This document shows, piece after piece, positions 57,816 to 64,000 of a DNA stretch of 64,000 nucleotides. Origin of the DNA: a bacterium. Lineage in GTDB: Bacteria; DUMJ01. Numbering within the stretch: the stretch's first letter is position 1; each line of letters begins with the position of its first letter. The translations under genes and the position numbers were made by a program. The stretch covers positions 21,023-85,022 of the forward strand of contig DUMJ01000043.1 in the NCBI GenBank assembly GCA_012839925.1, given 5' to 3'. The notes beneath the pieces are model-generated. The model saw only the letters and a list, made by a program, of their open reading frames with translations. It was not told the DNA's origin and did no database searches.

Positions 57816-58913
57816 TTATCCCCAATCCATCTCTGCTTTTCTTATCAGTTCTTTTGCGACCTCTAATTCTGTTATTGGAAATAGGAGATACAGTCCGTCT
57901 GCTCCATAACGTTTTACTATTTTATCTGCTTTTTTTATCCAATCATCAAAATTTCCTTCTTCAATACTGATCCAGAGAGATTTTCCAGCGTTTCTTACCA
58001 TATCATATACGGGATACCAGTCTTCACTACCTCCATCTGGTTTACCTGCCCCTGGAGTCCACTGGATAGCATCTACTTTTTCCACTTTAAGTATGGCAGG
58101 CAGATGTTTTATAGCATCTGGTCCATCGAGGTGATATAAAACATAATCCAGTCTATTACACTGATATGTAAGTGACGGTATAAAGAACTCATAAAACTGT
58201 TTCGGAGACATAACAGCTGAAAAATCACACTGGACTTTAGCGGTCTTACCAGGTCCCCATATATCGAATACTGTATAGCTACTGCTTCCATCTGTACATT
58301 TTACGATTTCATACATGGCATCATAGTATTTAAAGTAGAGCTCATCTGTCTGCTTTATATATTTTTTTACTATATCAGGGCTATCAATAAGGTCATATAT
58401 AAATTTTTGTGCCCCCCTTAAAGAGGAAAGAATATCTATGCTCTCTATTATATCCGGTATATTTACGAGGAAATCATCGCCTGCCAACTCCTTAGCTTTA
58501 CGGATCAGGCTCAGGTGGAGTTTCCACCAGTAGTTATCTTCATCATATCTCAGAGGTCCCCAATCAGACCAGTCAGAAGTAACACATGGTGTATACCATA
58601 CCGTATCCCAGGAGAATACAGGTTCTGAGCCTAAATACGTAGCCATTGAGCCTGGTCCTATATTTATATTTAGAGAGGGAAATGATTCTGCCAGGAAGAG
58701 GTGAGTTCGGCAAAAATTACGTAATTCTTTTACTTTTCTATCTACATCTAGATGATATTCCATTGGGGTTCTGGGAGGTTCTATTATTTCTAAGGGCTCT
58801 ACAGGGTCTTCCAGTCTTCCTATAACCCTCATCATAGGTCTATCTATCCTGGAGTGCCTCCACCAGGCGACAAATCGACTTTTAGTTTCTTCCCAATTAT
58901 CTTTATATCTCAT
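57816..58913 (-). CDS. URO-D/MtaA-superfamily protein, uncharacterised subfamily (paralog A)
   Basis: 365 aa. IDRPMMRVIGR resembles the URO-D DRxPVWxMRQAGR motif. NIGPGSMATYLGSE resembles GFAGAPWTLMTYMVEG. LRGAQKFIYDLIDSPDIV resembles the LRGxE...DxxxxPExV region. The YHLDGP and IQWTPGAG motifs are shared with paralog B. It lies downstream of the split transketolase. Confidence 0.4.
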   Translation of the reverse strand: MRYKDNWEETKSRFVAWWRHSRIDRPMMRVIGRLEDPVEPLEIIEPPRTPMEYHLDVDRKVKELRNFCRTHLFLAESFPSLNINIGPGSMATYLGSEPVFSWDTVWYTPCVTSDWSDWGPLRYDEDNYWWKLHLSLIRKAKELAGDDFLVNIPDIIESIDILSSLRGAQKFIYDLIDSPDIVKKYIKQTDELYFKYYDAMYEIVKCTDGSSSYTVFDIWGPGKTAKVQCDFSAVMSPKQFYEFFIPSLTYQCNRLDYVLYHLDGPDAIKHLPAILKVEKVDAIQWTPGAGKPDGGSEDWYPVYDMVRNAGKSLWISIEEGNFDDWIKKADKIVKRYGADGLYLLFPITELEVAKELIRKAEMDWG

Positions 58914-58952
58914 AAATTTCCTCCTAGCCCTTTATTGCTCCCGCAGTGATTT

Positions 58953-59906
58953 TTATCCCCTCCTCAACTCTTTCAATACAATATTACTGATACCTTCTGG
59001 AGTGATGTTATAATGCTCTAGTATCTCCTTTTGAGAGCCAGTTATCGAAAACTCATCAGGTATGCCTGCTATATACATTTTTACCGGAAGTCTCCTGATT
59101 AATACTTCTGCCACAGCAGACCCCAGCCCTCCCTTTATATTGTGCTCTTCAACAGTAACTATGAATTCAGTTTTTCTGGCAGATTCTATTATAATTTCTT
59201 CATCTATCGGCTTAACTGTATGCATATCTATAACTCTAGTATATATACCTTTATCCCTCAGAATTAAGGCAGCATCATAGGCTGTTTTGACAACTTCTCC
59301 TGTGGCAATTATAGTGGCATCAGCTCCATCTGATAACAGGTTAGCCTTGCCTATGTTGAAAAAGATATTCTCATCATAGACATTTTCAACAGGATTCCTT
59401 CCCATTCTGATATAAGCAGGCTTATTGTAAGATACAAGAGATTTAACCAGAGCCTTTGTCTGATTTACATCGCAGGGGAGTATTACAGTCATATTGGGAA
59501 TGGCTCGCATAAAGGCTATATCTTCTAAGGAGTGATGGGTAGAACCTAAGGGACCATAACTGACACCTCCGCTTACTCCAATTATCTTAACATCCCTGTT
59601 TGTATAGGCAACATCTATCTTTATCTGCTCAATACTCCTTGTACTTAAAAAACAGGCTGGAGCAAAAACGAATGGCTTCTTTCCACAACCTGCAAGTCCA
59701 CTTGCTATACTTATCAGGTTCTGTTCTGCTATCCCAACGTCTATAAACTGTCCTGGAAGATGTTCTGCAAAATTTTCTACACTGGCAGACCCTCTGGAGT
59801 CAGAAGTTAAAACAACGATATCCCTGTCTTCTTTAGCCAATTCAAATAATGCCTCGCTAAAAGCCTTTCTACACGGCAGAACCGATGTCTTCTCTGACAT
59901 TATCAT
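58953..59906 (-). CDS. Transketolase, C-terminal subunit (pyrimidine-binding + C-terminal domains)
   Basis: 317 aa. Motifs: FIDVGIAEQNLISIASGLA, FVFAPACFLSTRSIEQI and GPLGSTHHSLEDIAFMRAIP. Confidence 0.9.
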   Translation of the reverse strand: MIMSEKTSVLPCRKAFSEALFELAKEDRDIVVLTSDSRGSASVENFAEHLPGQFIDVGIAEQNLISIASGLAGCGKKPFVFAPACFLSTRSIEQIKIDVAYTNRDVKIIGVSGGVSYGPLGSTHHSLEDIAFMRAIPNMTVILPCDVNQTKALVKSLVSYNKPAYIRMGRNPVENVYDENIFFNIGKANLLSDGADATIIATGEVVKTAYDAALILRDKGIYTRVIDMHTVKPIDEEIIIESARKTEFIVTVEEHNIKGGLGSAVAEVLIRRLPVKMYIAGIPDEFSITGSQKEILEHYNITPEGISNIVLKELRRG

Positions 59907-60726
59907 CCTCCTGATTTAATTCCCTGATCATTCTGGTATACTCTTCTGAGGTAGGAATCTTGTGATGCCATTCTGGTTTGTCCTCAATGAATGATACCCC
60001 TTTACCCTTTACAGTATGAGCCAGTATGAGAGTGGGTTTATTATATTTTACTGGCACACTCTCAAATACTGTTACTAATTGACTAATGTTGTGTCCGTTC
60101 ACCTCCACCACTTCCCAGCCAAAGGAAGCCCACTTTGCAGACAGATCTCCTAAACTCATAACATACTCGGTAGGTCCGCCAATTTGAAGTTTATTCCTGT
60201 CCACTATACCAATAAGATTGTCCAGTTTATAATGCTTGGCACACATAGCTGCTTCCCATATAGAACCCTCTGCCTGTTCTCCATCTCCCATCAATACATA
60301 CACCTTATAATCTTTTTTATCCATCTTCCCCGCAAGAGCCATCCCTACCCCAAGAGAGAGTCCATGCCCTAAAGAGCCGGTATTAGCTTCTACTCCAGGG
60401 ATTTTGACCGTTGGATGACCTGTTAATCTCGAATTGAATTTACAGTAGGTTTTCAGTTCTTCTCTATCTATAAATCCTAGATCTGCCAGAATAGTATAAT
60501 ATCCCTCCACACTATGTCCCTTGCTTAAGATAAATCTATCTCTGTCGGTCCAGACGGGATTCCTAGGGTCTATCCTCAGGATCTTATAATAAAGTGTAAC
60601 TAGTATGTCGGTAGATGAAAGAGACCCTCCAATATGTCCTGTCCCTGAATGATAAATCATATCCACTATATTCCTTCTTATCTCTTTTGCCTTATTCTCC
60701 AGGAATGAGATGTCTATACCTTCCAT
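59869..60726 (-). CDS. Transketolase, N-terminal subunit (TPP-binding)
   Basis: 285 aa. Motifs: GHIGGSLSSTDILVTLYYK, SKGHSVEGYYT and GSLGHGLSLGVGMALA. It overlaps the C-terminal subunit gene by 38 nt. Confidence 0.9.
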   Translation of the reverse strand: MEGIDISFLENKAKEIRRNIVDMIYHSGTGHIGGSLSSTDILVTLYYKILRIDPRNPVWTDRDRFILSKGHSVEGYYTILADLGFIDREELKTYCKFNSRLTGHPTVKIPGVEANTGSLGHGLSLGVGMALAGKMDKKDYKVYVLMGDGEQAEGSIWEAAMCAKHYKLDNLIGIVDRNKLQIGGPTEYVMSLGDLSAKWASFGWEVVEVNGHNISQLVTVFESVPVKYNKPTLILAHTVKGKGVSFIEDKPEWHHKIPTSEEYTRMIRELNQEDDNVREDIGSAV

Positions 60727-60841
60727 TATCTTCTCCTATGTCTTATTTTAGAATATTTTACACTTATATGAATAAGATTGGCAACATAAAAAGGAATGAA
60801 GAAGGGGTGGTAAAAAAAGGGTCTGTATGACCAGAATCTGC

Positions 60842-60871
60842 TTGCAGATATTACAGGGATTATTGTATAAT
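60842..60871 (+). promoter_or_regulatory. Sigma-70-type promoter (ttgcag-N18-tg-tataat) upstream of the FMN riboswitch
   Basis: An extended -10 tgtataat at 60864-60871 and a -35-like ttgcag at 60842-60847 are seen directly. Confidence 0.5.
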
Positions 60872-60895
60872 ATCTCAAGAATTGAATGTTGATAG

Positions 60896-61020
60896 TGTTA
60901 CCTTCGGGGATGGGTGAGGAGTATTTACTCCAACTCCCTACCGGCGGTAAAGCCCGCAAGCCTTTATGGCAGAACTGGTGAAATTCCAGTGCCGACGGTA
61001 TAGTCCGGATGGGAGAAGGT
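60896..61020 (+). ncRNA. FMN riboswitch (RFN element) aptamer
   Basis: The sequence contains ccttcgggg...ctaCCGGCGGTAAAGCCCGCAAGC...GGTGAAATTCCAGTGCCGACGGTATAGTCCGGATGGGAGAAGG. These are the hallmark conserved blocks of the RFN element (compare B. subtilis ribD leader ...GACCGGCGGTAGTAAAGC...GCCGACAGTGAAAGTCTGGATGGGAGAAGGA). It lies on the same strand as, and immediately 5' of, an ECF S-component gene. Confidence 0.8.
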
Positions 61021-61040
61021 ATTTTTTATTGGTTAAAAAT

Positions 61041-61070
61041 AGCCCCGAAGTTCTTCGGGGCTTAAATTTT
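61041..61070 (+). terminator. Riboswitch expression-platform intrinsic terminator (agccccgaa-gttc-ttcggggct + taaatttt)
   Basis: A 9-bp GC stem with a U-rich tail lies 20 nt after the aptamer and just before the RBS aaggagg (61073-61079). The stem-arm sequence cttcgggg also occurs at the 5' end of the aptamer (60902-60909). Confidence 0.6.
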
Positions 61071-61087
61071 ATAAGGAGGTTTGTGCT

Positions 61088-61624
61088 ATGCGTAGGAGTA
61101 TCAAAATATATGTTGGAGGAGCGTTATTGTCTGCTATCGGATTTATACTGATGCTCTTTCAGGTTCCTCTTATACCGGAGGCAAATTTCTTACTCTATGA
61201 TCCAGGAGATGTCGCTGTTCTTCTTGCTGGTATTGTATATGGACCCTGGATAGGATTTCTCTCTATTTTAATAAAGAATATCCTTTACTTTATTATAAAA
61301 GGTCTGGGTGGTCCTATAGGTGTCCTTATGAATACCATAGCAACTGGAGGTTTTGTAATTGTACCTGCCCTTATCCTTAAATATAATAGTAAAATTCTTA
61401 TCCCAGCTCTTCTGGCGGGAGTGGCTGCCAAAACATTAATAATGATACCGGTAAATCTGGTTTTTACACCTATGTACACAGGACTTCCAGTGGCAGAAGT
61501 ATGGAATCTTATAAAGGTGGCAGTTATTCCGTTTAATATAGTTCAAGGATCAATTAATATGCTCTTGTTTTTACTGATCTATGGGGTGTTAGAGCGGTAT
61601 TTAAAAAAGATGGTAGCCAAATGA
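61088..61624 (+). CDS. ribU: ECF-transporter substrate-specific (S) component, riboflavin-type (RibU-like)
   Basis: 178 aa with about six TM segments. LSAIGFILMLFQVPL is typical of ECF S-components. It sits directly behind an FMN riboswitch. No EcfA/EcfT genes are adjacent, so this is a group-II S-component. Confidence 0.65.
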   Translation: MRRSIKIYVGGALLSAIGFILMLFQVPLIPEANFLLYDPGDVAVLLAGIVYGPWIGFLSILIKNILYFIIKGLGGPIGVLMNTIATGGFVIVPALILKYNSKILIPALLAGVAAKTLIMIPVNLVFTPMYTGLPVAEVWNLIKVAVIPFNIVQGSINMLLFLLIYGVLERYLKKMVAK

Positions 61625-61682
61625 AATTTTTAAAGGGATAGCCATCATAGAATAAGACTATCCCCTGTCTTAACAGACTGGA

Positions 61683-62741
61683 TTACCTCACACTTTTAAG
61701 GAATTCCCTTGCACCAGTTTCACTATCAAACCAGGTAGATATTAACACCCCTTTACCCGAAAATTCATCAAAGATCCTGGAGATATTATTTTTGTCATCA
61801 AATGACTGGAGGACTAATAATTTATTGTGGGCTAATATCTTTTTATAGATGGGAAACCATCTGGGAGAGTCACACTGGGGGTTACCCTCTCCTGGAACCC
61901 ACTGTATTCCAGTTAATTCTGGAATATCCAGCAGGATGTCAAGATGTGGTATCTCTCCCGGACCATCTAGATGATATATGGAGTAATCCAGCCATTTACA
62001 CTGTTCTATTAAATAAGGAGCTACAAACTTTTCAAACATCTTTGGAGATATCATATAGGAGAAGTCACACTGTAATGGGTACCATCTTTTATGACACCAT
62101 ATACCCATCCATGCCGATGTCCCCTCTTGATACTCCTTTATCATACTGTATAAATCGTCATATACCTTAAACCAGGACCTCAGTATCTTATCTGACATAT
62201 ATAGCACTCTCTCCGGCTCTTCAATCAGGTCTATTAAAAGATTCTTAGCACCTCTAAAAGATGAGAGAACATCTAAAACTCCCCCAATATCTGTTGTCCC
62301 AACTATAAACTTATCCTTTCCCCTCTCGATTGATAATCTGGTGATATATTTTGTATACTGCCACCACTCACCATCTTCTTTAAATTCCAATCTTTCTACA
62401 TCTTCCCAAGGGAGTGGACACTCGAACCAGGAAGTATTGGTATTTCCGTCAAACTTCAGGAAATCAGTATAATATGAGGCTAAGACGCCAGGTCCCAGAT
62501 TCATCCAGAGGTTAGGGAATGATTCTCCTCCAAAGAAAGTCTCACTGCATCTTTTTTCAAACAGGTCTATATTTTTCTCTGGACAAGATTTATACCTTAA
62601 GAATCCCCACCCATCATAACCCTCATAATCTTTTATCCCCTCTTTAGGACTTGCTACCTGCAGAAGAGGATAATCCAGCTCTTTATTCCACCACACTTTA
62701 TATATCTCTTTAATCTTATCCCAATCTTCTCTGTAAAACAT
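61683..62741 (-). CDS. URO-D/MtaA-superfamily protein, uncharacterised subfamily (paralog B)
   Basis: 352 aa. It shares motifs with paralog A throughout: FPNLWMNLGPGVLASY against FPSLNINIGPGSMATY, LSSFRGAKNLLIDLIEEPERV, QCDFSYMISPK, YHLDGP and IQWVPGEG. Confidence 0.4.
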   Translation of the reverse strand: MFYREDWDKIKEIYKVWWNKELDYPLLQVASPKEGIKDYEGYDGWGFLRYKSCPEKNIDLFEKRCSETFFGGESFPNLWMNLGPGVLASYYTDFLKFDGNTNTSWFECPLPWEDVERLEFKEDGEWWQYTKYITRLSIERGKDKFIVGTTDIGGVLDVLSSFRGAKNLLIDLIEEPERVLYMSDKILRSWFKVYDDLYSMIKEYQEGTSAWMGIWCHKRWYPLQCDFSYMISPKMFEKFVAPYLIEQCKWLDYSIYHLDGPGEIPHLDILLDIPELTGIQWVPGEGNPQCDSPRWFPIYKKILAHNKLLVLQSFDDKNNISRIFDEFSGKGVLISTWFDSETGAREFLKSVR

Positions 62742-62806
62742 CTATTTCTCCTTTTTTGCATAAAAGTCTTTTTACCATTATAATTATCTAAAGAGGTGAT
62801 TACAAG

Positions 62807-63619
62807 ATGATAAAATTATTGGCTTTCGATCTGGATGGGACTATCCTTGAAAATGGACTGGTAATCCCTGAAGAAACTAAAGAGGTATTGAATAAAATAG
62901 TGAATTTAGGTGTAAAGATTTCAACCGCCAGTGGACGCAAAATAGAGGACCAGATAAATATTATAAATTCTAATGGGCTGGGGGATGGGATGGGTTATCC
63001 TCATTCGCTTATAGTAAATGAATCTCAGATATACCTGTTAGATGGGGATCAGTATATCCCTCTGGATTCCTGGAATAGAAGGGTATCCGAAGAGTGGAAA
63101 GAACTCTATCCTTTAGCAGAAAGAATAATTTTAGAGGAGATGGGTAGACTAAAGAGTATGGGTGTAGGAGTTTCTATCCATATAATAGGAGAGGTCTCCC
63201 TGATTAGAAATATGGTGGCTGTGAGATTTAGCAGTATAGAGGAGGCAAAGAATTACGAGAAACAGTTAAGAGAAAAACTAAAATCCTCAGGGGTGCCTCT
63301 CTGGAGTAATTATAATTTTAGTCTGGTCCAGATACTTCCTCCATCGGCAGGTAAGGGGAATACAGTCTTAACTCTATCTAGGCATCTTGGATTACTACCA
63401 GAAGAGGTTCTGGTTATTGGAGATTCGGGGAATGATAAGGATATGCTTGATGGGAGATTTGGATTTCGGGTTGCTACAGTATCTAATGCTGAGCCAGAGA
63501 TAAAAGAAACTGTTGAAAGAAATGGTGGGTATGTAGCGGAAAATCCTGTAAGTAGAGGTATAATAGAGATTGTAAATAAACTTATACTGGGAGAGATAAA
63601 ATATGAGACTGGAATTTAA
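62807..63619 (+). CDS. HAD-superfamily (Cof-like, type IIB) phosphatase
   Basis: 270 aa. Motif I is FDLDGTIL. The C-terminal region VLVIGDSGNDKDML carries motifs III and IV. Confidence 0.8.
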   Translation: MIKLLAFDLDGTILENGLVIPEETKEVLNKIVNLGVKISTASGRKIEDQINIINSNGLGDGMGYPHSLIVNESQIYLLDGDQYIPLDSWNRRVSEEWKELYPLAERIILEEMGRLKSMGVGVSIHIIGEVSLIRNMVAVRFSSIEEAKNYEKQLREKLKSSGVPLWSNYNFSLVQILPPSAGKGNTVLTLSRHLGLLPEEVLVIGDSGNDKDMLDGRFGFRVATVSNAEPEIKETVERNGGYVAENPVSRGIIEIVNKLILGEIKYETGI

Positions 63620-64000
63620 TTCGGAAAAGTATCAGACTCAGATTGAAGAGTCCAGAAGAAGGCTTGAAATAGCCAGGAGCTTTAAAGAACCGGATAGGGT
63701 CCCAATCACTATAAGTACAGGTGGAAGTTTCTATTCCAGGTTGTTTGGTTTTAATATAAGAGATTATTACACCAATTTGGATGTTCAGATCGAGGTTCAG
63801 GTGAAGGGATTGAAGTGGGCATTTGAAGAATTGCAGGATGATAGAGTTGGATATGGTGTTAACCTTGATTTAGGACCTGTTTATGAGGGTATATATTTTG
63901 ATCTTCCTATAGAATATCCTGATGACACGTCTCCCTGGGTGGTGAGGACCATGAGTCTTCCGGAAGCGGTAGAAAGGCTGAAAACTCCTGACCCGGAAGA
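63614..64000 (+). CDS. URO-D/MtaA-superfamily protein, N-terminal 129 aa (gene continues beyond window)
   Basis: The partial ORF MRLEFNSEKYQ...EPDRVPITISTGGSFYSRLFG matches the URO-D/MtaA N-terminal DRVPV motif region. It overlaps the HAD gene by 6 nt. It is not in the ORF track because of edge truncation. Confidence 0.35.

Overview
This 64-kb window is a gene-dense chromosomal segment from an AT-rich bacterium. It is probably a thermophile of the Thermotogae type, judging by AGA/ATA-rich codon usage, GC-rich hairpins between genes and several paralogous family-5 solute-binding proteins (SBPs). I found no CRISPR array, tRNA, rRNA, transposase or phage module. About 55 protein-coding genes are packed tightly, many with overlapping start and stop codons. 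The content, in order, is as follows.

- **1-3.7 kb, envelope-stress module:** an ECF sigma factor, a zinc-finger anti-sigma factor, an RseB/LolA-like protein, HtrA and a TolC-like fragment.
- **3.9-7.8 kb, mixed plus-strand operon:** galM, a Zn-dependent dehydrogenase, an orphan PstS-like protein, arsC and pyrR.
- **7.9-9.9 kb:** a solitary methyl-accepting chemotaxis protein (MCP).
- **Carbohydrate uptake and catabolism modules:**
  - three closely related orphan family-5 SBPs, each next to different catabolic genes: a creatininase-family hydrolase plus Zn-dependent dehydrogenase pair, GH116, and a giant GH38;
  - a CUT1 sugar ABC module;
  - a complete Dpp/Opp-like ABC system.
- **36.5-46.4 kb, DNA-repair operon:** a compact uvrB-uvrA-uvrC-ogt-yvlD-pyrF-nudix-lctP operon.
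- **Other notable genes:**
  - a stand-alone RuBisCO-like protein (form IV-like);
  - a glpK operon with a DUF5060/DUF4038 (GH140-like) protein;
  - a split transketolase flanked by three uroporphyrinogen-decarboxylase (URO-D)/MtaA-superfamily paralogs;
  - an FMN riboswitch with an intrinsic terminator upstream of an ECF-type riboflavin S-component.

I found no defence system or mobile element. The most novelty-rich parts are the stand-alone RLP, the URO-D-like paralog trio next to the split transketolase, the dehydrogenase/creatininase-family pair, and the GH140-like-glpK operon.
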